A stretch of 64,000 nt of DNA, taken from positions 94,364,001 to 94,428,000 of the forward strand of contig OX597823.1 in assembly GCA_951406725.2 (NCBI GenBank), read 5' to 3'. The position numbers were made by a program, and so were the translations under genes. Each line of letters starts with the position of its first letter. The first letter of the stretch is position 1. Positions 1-12,781 of this stretch are shown here, one piece after another. The DNA comes from Octopus vulgaris. Taxonomy: Eukaryota. The notes beneath the pieces are model-generated. The model searched no databases and was not told the origin of the DNA. It was given only the letters and a program-made list of their open reading frames with translations.

Positions 1-1002
1 ACGAGTTCTCAGAGTGAAGTCATAAAGAGCAAAACCGTTTCTAAATAAATATAAAAATGCTATATCTCCCACTTAGCAGACATACTCTTTTTCGGGGGGA
101 TTTTCATCTGTGATTAATTAGATATCAGCGCTGAGACGGAAATATATCTTAAGAGGAATTCGAAGTGAGTTTATAAAAGTACCTCTTCCTAAGTTGGTTT
201 GATGCAAAAATAAATGGCCTTTCGCATACATACACACACAATTCGAGCATTTTTATAGAACATTCGCTGTTGCTTAGCAAGCGTCATGTCTGAAATGAGG
301 AAAAGCACAATTCTTTTCAATTTATATCACATTACTTCTAACCATTAAAACGTTTTCTGGTTCCAGCTTGCTCACTCTTTTAAACTCGCAACATTAATTA
401 TGGTTTTTAAACGAAAATCTTTCATAGAAAACGGAGTCTTTTTCAAAGAAAATTGATTAATCCATAAGAGGTTTGTTTCAATTGTTCTTACAGCTGTGAT
501 TTATGTTTTTATTCTCCTCCCGTGACACTAGTTTCTTTTCTTTCGTTGAGAAGAAAAGGTAACATATTTACTTATCTGAGGAAATAACTTGAGAAGGTCA
601 GCCATTTTCATCCAGATTTCGGCTCTATTTCATCTTCTGTTACTTGTAAACAAAATTTTATTGTTCTCTAACTTCTATCGGAGGTTATATAAATGACATA
701 GATACTCGAGTTAAAACATCTCCTGCTAGGTTTGCAGTGTTTGCTCTGGAAACAGTAGTTTTATTAGCTTATTGAGGTTGCATATCATATCGCAGATGGT
801 TTGATATGCTGTATTCATCTCCGCTGCATGAAACAATATTTTTATGACCACAGCCTTTTATTGAGGATCATTTATTTTCCTAATATAAACCATAACGAAA
901 ATCATATTCTTCTCTGTGTAGGTTTAAAAAAGAGAATAAGAAATACAAATAACAAATAAACGGTGGTTGGCCTACATGCATCTGTTGCCTCATTAAGTGT
1001 GT

Positions 1003-1058
<56 letters not shown>

Positions 1059-1157
1059 TGTTCAATTATGATAAAAACAATTTCACATTAATTTGATGGG
1101 TTACTCTATACTTTGGTAAAGTATAAATTTATTACTCTTAAGAATATTATTGAGAGT

Positions 1158-1256
1158 GACTCCGAAGTTTCGAGCAGCCAAGCCATCGTCGGATATTTCT
1201 GGAATATACCAAGCAGTAGGTTAGTATGTCCACGCACTGGGCAACCCATCATCAAA
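1158..1256 (-). ncRNA. Degenerate type-I hammerhead-like motif in a probable repeat terminus
   Basis: Minus strand: TTGATGA-T-GGGTTGCC...GGCTGCTC-GAAAC-TTCGGA-GTC. Stem II and a near-palindromic stem III (ACTTCGGAGT) are present; C3 is mutated and stem I is poor. Confidence 0.4.
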
Positions 1257-1754
1257 GACAAGGTATAAATATTTTAGACAGGGAAAATTTAGTTTACAAG
1301 GAATAAAATATATTCACAGTTTATAAAGAATAAAATAAAAGAATAAAGAGTAAAGGTAGAATACAAGCAGGAGAATAATGTTCACAACTCATCTTTTTTC
1401 AGATGATGTGGATGTTGGTCGATACCCCCATGAAGTTACAGGTACTTTGTTAAAATCCCAGGTAAAGCCAGACGGCATTTTGGCAATAATTTGAATGATT
1501 CATGTATTCATATGCTCCTCTCATCGTTCCTCCTCTCTTCTATATACCCCCCGCTCACAAAACCCGTTTATGTCTCTCTTACTTTCTCGCTCTAAATACA
1601 AATTAACAATATGGATACATATGTGCGTGGGCATGCTAACCTACCGCTTGGGTTACCCCAGAAACGGCTGTAAGACTTCAAATTCACCTTACTCTAATTA
1701 GATTATTCTAAATGACTTGAGATTCACGTTCTGCCTTGGTTTTGATTTTACCTC

Positions 1755-2278
<524 letters not shown>

Positions 2279-2552
2279 GAGGCGGAGAATTAATCGTGTT
2301 CCCTACCAAGCCCATCCCGGTACACTTGGCGCTCAAACGTCCGTTTTCTTGTTCAAAACTTGATAGGGATTCATACGGTATTACATAACAAATATGATAT
2401 TGTGCAAGTTGTCAAACGCTGAGAAAATCAAATAAGCTTGGAACGATGGCGTTGCCTCCATTCCCATGTATGTATCTTTTTAATCTCGCTGTCAAAAAGG
2501 CTTACGTTAATCCTCATGACAGGGAGCAGTTCAAGGATATAACGACGACGAC

Positions 2553-2596
<44 letters not shown>

Positions 2597-2633
2597 TAAT
2601 AATAACAATAATTGTAATAATAATAATAATAAT

Positions 2634-2679
<46 letters not shown>

Positions 2680-2904
2680 TTAATAATAATAATAATATTA
2701 ATAATAATAATGATAATGATAATAACAACTACTACTACTACTACTACAATCACAGAAGTTGCAGCAGCAGCAGTAGCAGCAGCAACAATATCATCAACTC
2801 AAATAAAATTCTCTATGTGAAGTGTGTATGTATGTTTGCATGTGTGTTACTGTGTGTGTAAATATCTAAACACATACAAATATATATTCATATATATATG
2901 CGTG

Positions 2905-3056
<152 letters not shown>

Positions 3057-3540
3057 ATGTATGTATGGAACCGTGTAATTAGAATTGTGTGCATACCAGC
3101 ATTGTATATACTATGGCCGTTTCTGCTGTGTCAGATCAGCTGTCTTGTAAGTGCAGGAACTTGAAAAATTCCGAGTACAGTTTTCTTGTATACCTTTGCA
3201 ACGATATACCGAGGCACCATGTCATTTTCCAAGAGAATGACAAGTCATCTCGTATTCTGTCATTTATCAGGCTGCAGGTGTGTGTGTGAGTGAGAGAGAG
3301 AGTGTGTGTGTGTGTGTGTGTGTCTGTGTGTGTGTGCGTGTATGTGTGTATGTGAGTGTTTGTAAGTGTGGGTGAGTTCGCATGGCTGCGTACGTTAGTG
3401 TGTGTGTATGTTCGTATGCATGCATATATATATATACATATATATACATAAGATACACACATATATACACACACGCACACAATACACACACATATATGTA
3501 TGTATATGTATATATAATGTATGTGTATGTTTGTGTGTGT

Positions 3541-3685
3541 GTATTTTCTGTTATTCCTTTCTGTTGAAGAGTGTAGGCTCGAAACGTAAAGTCTTTTTCA
3601 TTTTCCCGACCATCAAATTAATACACTTGCTTGTTGTTCGTTCATACACCCGTCTTCATATTTTTACATTTCTATAAAGTCCAAC
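3541..3685 (+). mobile_element. Short Penelope-pLTR-like repeat (family D) with minimal HHR motif
   Basis: CTGTTGA-A-GAGTGTAGGCTC-GAAACGTA-AAG at 3561-3591; shared downstream taataca...gttgtt...cacccgtcttc; ends at a microsatellite. Confidence 0.65.
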
Positions 3686-3787
3686 TATATGTGTGTATGT
3701 GTGTGTGTACACTGTATATATATATATATATATATATACATACAACATATATATATATATGTATATATATGTATATATATATATATA

Positions 3788-4187
3788 CAACATCACATCA
3801 CAACACACCACCCACACACCCATCCTCACATTTTCACACCTACACATACATACACGCACACGTCCAGACCGCCAGCCCTCTTTCACACGCACATACACAC
3901 TCTTTTATACACACACGCACCTTCGTGTTGGGGGTCATCTTTACTTTGTTATCTCCCCTACTTCTTCCCTCTCGTGTGTGACCCTTCTGTCTGGCAGTTG
4001 CCATGATCGTTAGCCACTACACACATTTTTTCTCTCCTTGTTTTCTCTGTGTCCTTTTCTGTAGAAGAGCGTAGGCTCGAAACGTAAAAGACTTTTTTCT
4101 ATTCCTGAGCGTTATACTAATACATCTGTTTGTTTTGTACACCACCTGTCTTCGTCTTTTTTTTTTTTTTTTTTCGTAAACTCTCCC
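3788..4187 (+). mobile_element. Family D Penelope-pLTR-like repeat, longer copy, with minimal HHR motif
   Basis: gtccttttCTGTAGA-A-GAGC-GTAG-GCTC-GAAACGTA-aaagac at 4051-4092. Near-identical segments at 8600-8730, 28873-28937 (-) and 52008-52148. Confidence 0.7.
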
Positions 4188-4483
4188 AAAATATACAACA
4201 TAGACAGACGTGTGTTTCTTTGTGTGACTGTCTGAGTGTCTGATCTACCTCTCCAACGCATAAATTGGTCAATTTGAAGAGTTCCAGTTTTACAAAACAT
4301 TAATAATGAGAAATAACTGAAAAATAAGGAATTTCTCTTTTCATTGAAATAATAGACAGCCTCAGAACGAAATAACTCAGTGTGGGAAAGTATTTTCGTT
4401 TAGCGTATAAGGAATTGTAACGCATCAGTGCATACATGCACACACATACGCACACACTGAAATCCGTATATTTAAATGTTTGG

Positions 4484-4540
<57 letters not shown>

Positions 4541-4559
4541 CGTGTGTTGATGTGTGTTT

Positions 4560-4865
4560 TGCAAGCTTCAAATCGTTGCAATGTTGGAAACCCTTCCATA
4601 TCATCAGCCGGTATCTCAGGAGCACAAGTATTTCGCCCCTTTGCCTGTACGATTCGTGTAACCCAGGCTGCGAGGACTGGATCAGCCTTCTCCTGTTGAA
4701 GGTATCCGTTTGCGGTTAAGCATAGCAGATGAAACCAACTGTCATGCTAATTTCTTTGATGACTTTCTTCAGCTGTTTGGGTTCCAGACCAATATTCTGA
4801 AGGAAATAGCGCACCGATCAAGCTGAAAAACGATGCCGCCGAATTCAATGATATTGAGTTATTCC
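4560..4865 (-). mobile_element. 3' remnant of an RLE-type non-LTR retrotransposon (HERO-like, tentative)
   Basis: Minus-strand translation LNIIEFGG..FSA*SVRYFLQNIGLEPKQLKKVIKEIS resembles the RLE C-terminus (EVGCRGF...FL..IG). Degraded. Confidence 0.35.
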
Positions 4866-5023
4866 TCGTCTGAATATTAAATTGTTTTAATAATAACTCG
4901 ACATAAAAACAAACATTAATATAGTGTTGTTATATATGTGTACATGTACATACATATACGTGTGTGTTGTGTGTATATGTGTGTGTGCGTGTACATGTAT
5001 ATACATATACGTGTGAGTGTTTT

Positions 5024-5074
<51 letters not shown>

Positions 5075-5109
5075 CCTATACATGTGCATTCAAATAACTA
5101 CACATATTT

Positions 5110-5163
<54 letters not shown>

Positions 5164-5309
5164 AAGCACATAGTAAATACAAGAAGAATGGCCAGTAGGA
5201 GTAAAAGTTTTGTGCGTAGATGTGTATATTCGAGTTAAAATATATACACCTACAAATAATCATTTCCACTCATAGACATACGCGCGAACACACACACACT
5301 CACACACAT

Positions 5310-5345
<36 letters not shown>

Positions 5346-5677
5346 GCCCTCATTAGTCGAAAACTATCGATTTTGATAAAGTGGATGGGCAGGGGTTAAG
5401 ATCAGGAAAGTTTTAGACAAATTAGGAAAGAGAAAAAATTTATATTTTTACATTTATATTTTAACTTGCCTCAAAATTTTTTTCGTTTCGTTCGAGATAA
5501 ATGTAAGCACTCAATTAGGATACATACTTATATATCTATCTTTCTAGTTAGTTTGATAACTGCCTTTATTTCTCTCAAACACTTTATTTGTCTGTTCATC
5601 TCTTTATTTGTCTGTCCATCCATCTGTCTATTTCTAGCCACATCCTTATCTGCCTGTCCATCTGTCTATCTTTCTTA

Positions 5678-5716
<39 letters not shown>

Positions 5717-5935
5717 CCTTTCTCTCCATAGAAACACAAGCACACAAACATATTCTATTTATGTGTGTATATATAGATATGTTTGTGTGTCTGTATGGTT
5801 GTGTGTATGTATGTACACACACAAATATACGCATACATGCAATAGAAATATTCATTCATACATATACATATAATATACTTATACAAATACATACATACAT
5901 GTGCATAGAAATAGATGTACATATATATATACATT

Positions 5936-5997
<62 letters not shown>

Positions 5998-6241
5998 TAT
6001 AGATATATACATATATATATGTATACATATATACATATATATATATATATACATATATAACCAGATCGAATCATCTCCAGTGTAACTGTCCGAAATGGTC
6101 ATGACTTCTGGGACTTGACTGAGGAAAGAAAGCCACGAATGACCCGTCGTTGCCGGCCCTTCTTATGGTTGCTTCTCTCGTCCGCCTTTTTATCGTCTAT
6201 CTGTCCGAGTGTTTTAATGGCCTCTACTGCGTTTTTGTTCC

Positions 6242-6322
<81 letters not shown>

Positions 6323-6495
6323 GAATGGTTGTATACTGTCAATCTAACAAGAACGTGACAGTAGGGGGTACACCACCGCTGTATAGCCCTAGGAAGCATC
6401 GAACACCTCCTGATAGCTTTGACACATTTTTTTCCCTGTGTCCTTATATACATATACGAAGGGGAGACAAACGCCCCCGGCCGCCGGAACTGCAT

Positions 6496-6539
6496 CTAGG
6501 GACACTGTGTTTCAGGATCATTGTCCTTCATCGGCCTAG
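6496..6539 (-). ncRNA. Type-I hammerhead ribozyme motif
   Basis: CUAGG-CCGAUGA-AGGA-CAAUGA-UCCU-GAAAC-ACAGU-GUC^CCUAG: 5-bp stem I, 4-bp stem II, ACAC/GUGU stem III, GUC site; U4C core variant. Confidence 0.8.
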
Positions 6540-6569
6540 AGTAGCAGACACCGGTCGGCTGGTGATATT

Positions 6570-7394
6570 ATATCTTTATTATGGGCACGATGGCCCGAAT
6601 GAAGACGGGACATTACAAGACGGGACGTGGGGTACATAAAGTAAAAATAAAATATGAAATAAAGATGAATTATATGTAATGAGATGGAACGGCTTACGAA
6701 CCCCCAACTCGCAGTTCCATTTAAAATACAATTTTACATTTTTACTTTTACAATTTACAATTTTACCTTTTAACATTACATATATTCCAGTTCAAAATAC
6801 AATTTTACATTTTACAATTACAATGTTACAATTTTAAAATCTCAGTTCTATTGGACGTTGGTCCGTAATGTACTTTGTCAACTCCATTTGCTCCACCACA
6901 TTTGGCAAATTCTCATAACATACGTAATACGTTGAATAAACCTGCTCAAACATACTTTTCAATTTACAAAATGTTCCTTTATCTACAAGTACCGCTTTCA
7001 TATCGTCATCATGCAGTTCTGGGTGTAATTTAACCCTAATTAATCCCTTCCTACCTGCAAGTCTTTTCTCCACTTCTGTGTCTTTCACATATAACATGAA
7101 TACTTCTCCGCGCTGCTTTCCTCTTCTTCGGACGGTGTGACTCTCACGCAGTCACCCTCCCTCTTCAAACTGTCGAAATACTTCTCTAGAGTTTTCTGTT
7201 CGACCACCACTTCTTCCATTTCCAGTTCACTGGCAACTAGGCCTCTGCCTGCTGCTCTCGCATAAGTCTGCTCTTGCATTTTCAAAAATCTCCAACAAAA
7301 AACTTTTCCACGTCCTCCAACGAACTCGAACTCACAACCTCTTCACAATGACGCACTCGAAACAAACACACCAGAATAACCAAAAAAAAAAGAA
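6570..7394 (-). mobile_element. 825-bp non-autonomous insertion with 13-bp TSD (L1/Tx1 ORF1-like derivative, tentative)
   Basis: Flanked by GGCTGGTGATATT (6557-6569) and GGCTGGCGATATT (7395-7407); the empty site is seen once at 7761-7773. Contains minus-strand ORFs and AATAAA at 6575-6580 (-). Confidence 0.75.
6834..7279 (-). pseudogene. Frameshifted ~148-aa ORF in the insertion (ORF1/gag-like N-terminal region, unknown function)
   Basis: MQEQTYARAAGRG...EGDCVRV then, after a frame change near 7130, RRRGKQRGEVFMLYVKDTEVEKRLAGRKGLIRVKLHPELHDDDMKAVLVDKG...RPIELRF*. High-complexity and protein-like; no RT or endonuclease motifs. Confidence 0.5.
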
Positions 7395-7699
7395 GGCTGG
7401 CGATATTTGCCTCGACTTCGTATCTGTATATATGTAAACTCAGTGAAGTTTATTCACTGATTATCAAAATAAGAAATATTGAATTTCTAAATCTCTCGTA
7501 GCGACATGTACGGTGGTGGGGCGATAGAATGGTTGTATACTGTCAATCTAACAAGAATGTGACAGTAGGGGGTACACCACCGCTGTATAGCCCTAGGAAG
7601 CATCGAACGCCTCCTGATAGCTTTGACACATTTTTTTCCCTGTGTCCTTATATACATATACGAATGGGAGACAAACACCCCCGGCCGCCGGAACTGCAT

Positions 7700-7743
7700 C
7701 TAGGGACACCGTGTTTCAGGATCATTGTCCTTCATCGGCCTAG
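7700..7743 (-). ncRNA. Type-I hammerhead ribozyme motif (second copy)
   Basis: Same as 6496-6539 except the single stem-III loop base (ACAC-G-GUGU instead of ACAC-A-GUGU). Confidence 0.8.
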
Positions 7744-7786
7744 AGTAGCAGACACCGGTCGGCTGGTGATATTTGCCTCGACTTCG

Positions 7787-7844
<58 letters not shown>

Positions 7845-7970
7845 CCTGCATTGTCACGATTGGTAGACCGAAACTTTGAAGTTACTGTCACCCATTTCTT
7901 TATCAAAATCAATACACAAATAAGCTAGACAAAGTAATTCTTCATTTTCATGTTAAACTGTTTTCATACG

Positions 7971-8345
7971 AGCGGGAGTGGTTGTGTGGTAAGTAGCTTG
8001 CTTACGAACCACATGGTTCTGAGTTCAGTCCTCCTGCCTGGCGCCTTGGGCAAGTGTCTTCTACTATAGCCTCGGGCCGAATAAAGCTTTGTGAGTGGAT
8101 TTGGTAGACGGAAACTGAAAGAAGCCCGTTGTATATATATATATATATGTATAAGTATGTATATGTTCGTGTGGCTGTGTTTGTCCCCCCAACACTTCAC
8201 AACCGATGCTGATGTGTTTACGTCCCCGTCACTTAGCTGTTCGGCAAGAGAGACCGATAGAATAAGTACTAGGCTTCGACTATAGGCGGTGCTCCAGCAT
8301 GGCAGCAGTCAAATGACTGAAACAAATAAAAGAATAAAAGAATAG
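7971..8345 (+). mobile_element. tRNA-headed CORE-type SINE (family B), near full length
   Basis: A-box-like gtggttgtgtggtaag, B-box-like gagttcagtcc, CORE-like ggcgccttgggcaagtgtctt, internal (TA)n and an aaaagaat tail. Other copies at 23168-23285, 30995-31105(-), 38780-38890(-), 48340-48502, 51793-51990, 53375-53858(-), 54213-54360(-), 62148-62555. Confidence 0.85.
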
Positions 8346-8574
8346 AATATACAACTTCACATAATATATACATAGAAATTCACGCGCACACCCACACACG
8401 CACACATATATACATATATACATATACACTCACATATATATATACATATATACATATATACATATACACTCACATATATATATATACATATATACATATA
8501 CATATATATATATATACATATGTACACACGCACACATATATACACATCTTGACATGAACATATGCGCATGCGTG

Positions 8575-8730
8575 TGTCTCTTTCATTGTGTTTCGTCTAT
8601 ATGTCCCTTTCTGTAGAAGCGCGTAGGCTCAAAATGTAAAAGACTTTTTCTATTCCTGAGCTAATACATCTGTTTGTTTTGTACACCACCTGCCTTCGTC
8701 TTTTGTTGTTTTTTTTTCGTAAACTCTCCC
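8575..8730 (+). mobile_element. Family D repeat with decayed HHR motif
   Basis: ctgtagaagcgcgtaggctcaaaatgtaaaagac at 8611-8644; 3' part matches 4091-4187; ends at (TA)n. Confidence 0.7.
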
Positions 8731-10554
8731 TATATATATTGTGCGAGCGCATGTGTTTGTATGTATGTATGAGAGAAAGAAAATAGACTCACGATTGTAA
8801 GTATCGAAGTAGCTTGGAACTCAAAGACATGTGTAGAATTGTGAAAAAAAATATCGGCTCTTCAGAATGTATATTTGTGAAATGATATAAATACTTGGTA
8901 TCTCGAAAAAAAATGTGCAAGATAAGTAAATTCTTTTATTTTAAACTTGTACCAACAAAAACAACACCTAATATTTTATCGGTAACTTAATTTTGTTCAA
9001 ATATTACACTCTTTAAAATGTTTTCAGAAACATACTTCTGAAATATGTGCTTTAAAAAAACATATATATCTTACTGTTTTTGTTGTTATTGTCGTTGTGT
9101 CTTTCTGGTTTTTTTATAAAATTTCCTCACCTCAGAGTTGCAGAAATAAATAAATATATAAATATATAAATAGATAAATAAATTCATAGATTGATAGATA
9201 GGTTTGTAGGTACGTAGGTATGTATGAAGGTTGGTAAAAACACAGATATTTTATTTGACTGTCTACAAAAATACTATCGATTCACTGAGATCTCAATTAT
9301 CTCGATCATCCACATTGATATAATATAGTTATAACTACATCAAGACAGAATCATTTTAGCCGTTGATACTCAGACAAACACTCTTATCATCATATTTCGT
9401 TTACATTTATTAAAAGTGTTGAATATTGTGAAGTGCCAAACATTTCGTCGCATTGCTTTAACCTGGACACAAATGTTTTCCATTACGTCTGTTGAAAATC
9501 ACACGCTGGTGAGGTTTTATAAACCTCGGTGGCTTTCTTTCCTTTCTGTTCTTTCTCTTTTTCTTCTCTTCTTTTAGTTTCGTTTTATAGTTACATTCAA
9601 CCTTATGAATGTCAGTCTCACGCATTAATTAATTACTTCATGTGTGCGACAGTTGGTATTTTATGTGTGAGTGGCATATACATCTCGCCAATAACTGGTC
9701 ATCACTAGATGTAGTACAACTGTTGTGAATTTGTCCAGGGTCGCAGAAGTGCTACGGAACTTGTGACAGTTCTTAATTGAACGTACTATGATGTTGCAAG
9801 CATCTGAAAATCATAGACAGGCGAGACAACTCGCCCCGAATCCCTTTTAGAAGCGATGGACATCGATGTTTCACATTTTTGTGGCTGATCAACATTACAT
9901 ACCTGAACGAAATTAGAGGCGAACTAGTTCGTCAGTCTATGACTATACATAAAAAGTGTAAAAACCATTTGCTGTTATTCCACGACGATGTATGCGCAAG
10001 AATAAATTCAAATATGAATTAGAAGCGCTTGAATTATAACACACACACACGCACGCGTACACACAAACATACGTCTATATACGAGTACATACACACGTCA
10101 ACACAGAGTATATACGCACATATTGCATCATATACACGTACTTATTTGGACGCACACACACACGTACAAAATGCTTCATGCACACAGGTGTTTGCTCACA
10201 AGCGCACGTGCGCCCATACATATGTACACACACATTTTACTTCATACACTCGCACTTACTTGCTCAGACACACACAAATATATACCAAGTCACTGTCGTC
10301 TGCCGTGCCACTCACGCCTCAAGCCGACGTCTTCCTCTTCCGATCATTTCAGAGTACCTTTCCCGTTTAATTCACACTTTTCTCTCTCCTCATCTATCAT
10401 TTATGAAGAAGAGCGCAGGCTCGAATTGTTAGACTCCTTTAATTTTTCCTGAGCATTAACATAATACATCCTGTTTGTTTGTCTTTCGTGTTTTCTTTAT
10501 TCCTTGACCATATGTATATATGTATGTATGTATGAATGTGTGCATATTCTATTT

Positions 10555-10718
10555 TCTATTTTCTCTCCCTGTTTATTTCTGTATTCCTTTCTCTCGAAGA
10601 GCGTAGGCTCGAAACGTAAAAGACTTTCTCACTTCCCGAGCGTTAAACTAATACATCTGTTTGTTGTTTACACCCGTCTTCGTCTTTTGTTTTGTTTTTG
10701 TTTTTTGTAAATTCTCAC
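10555..10718 (+). mobile_element. Family D repeat with HHR-like motif
   Basis: ctctcgaagagcgtaggctcgaaacgtaaaagac at 10591-10624; ends at (TA)n. Confidence 0.7.
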
Positions 10719-10756
10719 TATATATAAATATATGTATGTATGTATATATATACATA

Positions 10757-10841
<85 letters not shown>

Positions 10842-10938
10842 ATGTGTGTGTGTATAGGGTGATATATTTGAAAGGCACTAAAGTGGAAAGCTAGTTTAAG
10901 AAGTAGTACGGAGGTACTAAAAGTGAGTAGTAAACTAC

Positions 10939-10989
<51 letters not shown>

Positions 10990-11782
10990 TATACATATGC
11001 ATGTAAGTATGTATGTAAAGTGTGATGAAGTACTTAGGCTTCTATCACAGATCCGTGTCCTCTCCATGCAAACGGGAGAGATATTCCCATGACCTTCTGA
11101 CTTGGAAGTGTGTCGTAGCCATCTTAAATGGGAAGAGCGCTGTTACATTTATGCGCACGTAAATGAAAGGTACAAATTTTGACGCACGTAAATTAGTGTA
11201 AAAATAAAGGAACTGCATTGGCGAAACAAACTGGCATTAAGAATGGAACTATATACAAATAAAAAAAAGATCATTTCAGAGAGATTCTTGTTTTCGGTGT
11301 AATTAGCGATAGCCTCGGTGAAATAAACTGAAAATAATTTATATTCAGAATTATTAACAGAAGAAAGAAAATAAAATGGTCATGAGATGTGATATCTCTT
11401 CCTTAATTTCATGATGACTTGGTATACACACCGCACGACCAAGGAGACAAAAGGCGGGTCCAATTGGAGAATTAATATGAAATATCTAGGACCAAGAAAA
11501 TACTTAATAGAATAGAAAGGAAGATTTTAGAATTAAATTAGGGAACATGATAAAATCGAAAACGAATATATTTTTTATCGATATGGAATGAATTAGGCTC
11601 AATACATTGATTGAAATTGTAATGGCGGATTATTGAGGATAAAAATATCATGGAAACTCAAAATATGAATAAAGGTTAGCGTGAAACAAGGATTAAAAAT
11701 TACGTAGATGTACTTGCATAGCAAGTGACCTGATCTGAGATCGCGTGCTGGAACGAAAACAATTGCAGCGTGGAAGGTATTT

Positions 11783-11970
11783 ATAAGCCGTTTAAAACAC
11801 ACAAAAACCGTTAGATTCATTTCAACATTTAAATTTAATTTGTCAAAACGCAGCACAGAATTTTGTCAGTGAACAGGTTGGGGTCTCAAAGCAACGAAAG
11901 TATTTTGGCAAATTAAATTTAAATATTGAAGTGAATCTAACGGTTTTTGTGCGCTTTTTAAATGTCTTAT
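11783..11970. repeat. ~66-bp inverted repeat with ~54-bp spacer
   Basis: cacaaaaaccgttagattcatttcaacatttaaatttaatttgtcaaaa (left arm to 11848) is the near reverse complement of ttttggcaaattaaatttaaatattgaagtgaatctaacggtttttgtg (right arm from 11903). Confidence 0.85.
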
Positions 11971-12149
11971 GCGCTGCAAAGATTTAAAGAACTGATGAAA
12001 GAAGAACTGATGAAAAAACTTAATATTTTGTCAAAAATCAGGTAAACCAAAAAGAGGTAGATGTGAAGAGAAACCAGGTATGCAGTTTTTAATGTCAGGT
12101 CGAGTAGGTGTTTACTTCTTATTTAAACTGACAGTGTGATTTGAAGGAG

Positions 12150-12575
12150 ACCTCTCACACGGACACGGCCTTCTGACTGCCTTGGATAACCAATTCCTGG
12201 ATTTTTACACCTACGGATTACTGTTACCATTCATCCAGAGTACGCCACTGTAATCGTGATTGAAAATCATCAAAAGAAATCGTCCGTGACGTTTCCACTT
12301 TTTCTCGTCCTCTTTTTACCTTTCTTCTTCTCTATTTCCATTTTTCTCCTTTTGTCGCCACCATTGCATTCAATATGTGACGGCGCGTGTATCGTTGACG
12401 ATTTTCTTTCTCCGTCTTCCTTTCCTTGGACCTTTCCTTTTTCTATATTTCTGACGAAATTCTCCGTTCGAAACGTTAAATCCTCTTTCTTTCTTTCCTT
12501 TCCTGAGCGTCCAATAACACTATACTTGTTCCACGTCCTCGCGTTGTTGTGTTTTCTCTTTGTTCATGTTTGGAT

Positions 12576-12579
<4 letters not shown>
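12150..12579 (+). mobile_element. Penelope-pLTR-like repeat (family E) with minimal HHR motif
   Basis: tttCTGACGA-aattctccgttc-GAAACGTT-aaa at 12448-12480; homologous to 50242-50413(-), 50520-50648 and 52511-52641(-); ends at (TA)n. The 5' boundary is approximate. Confidence 0.65.
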
Positions 12580-12650
<71 letters not shown>

Positions 12651-12682
12651 AGTTAAACGCAGGTGTTATTAAAAATTATTTT

Positions 12683-12781
12683 ACTTCCGACACATGTTTC
12701 GAAGATATCACTGATATTATTCCAAAGGAATAAAATGGCGTAAAATAATGTAAAATAATGTAATCTTCTCTTCAGGGAAGT
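12683..12781 (-). ncRNA. Canonical-core type-I hammerhead ribozyme in the Penelope 3' pLTR
   Basis: ACUUCC-CUGAAGA-GAAGAU...(56 nt)...AUCUUC-GAAAC-AUGU-GUC^GGAAGU: perfect 6-bp stem I and 6-bp stem II base, palindromic ACAUGU in stem III. Confidence 0.85.

Larger units (their letters stand above)
6320..7788 (-). mobile_element. Tandem 366-bp hammerhead-containing repeat (retrozyme/pLTR-like); one unit is interrupted by an insertion
   Basis: 6320-6569 matches 7524-7773 (offset 1204) and 7395-7422 matches 7761-7788 (offset 366). Removing the insert plus one TSD (838 bp) gives a 366-bp period. Flanked by (TG)n and (TA)n. Confidence 0.8.

Noticed and set aside
3113-3277. Plus-strand ORF MAVSAVSDQLSCKC...IRLQ with CAG|GTGTGT
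   Set aside because: The donor is supplied by a (GT)n microsatellite and there is no recognisable homology.
6320-7788. Interpretation as an LTR element or Ngaro/DIRS split-direct-repeat element
   Set aside because: No TG..CA ends, PBS/PPT or tyrosine recombinase. The 13-bp TSD plus the intact empty site explains the A-B-A-B pattern more simply as a tandem repeat with an insertion.
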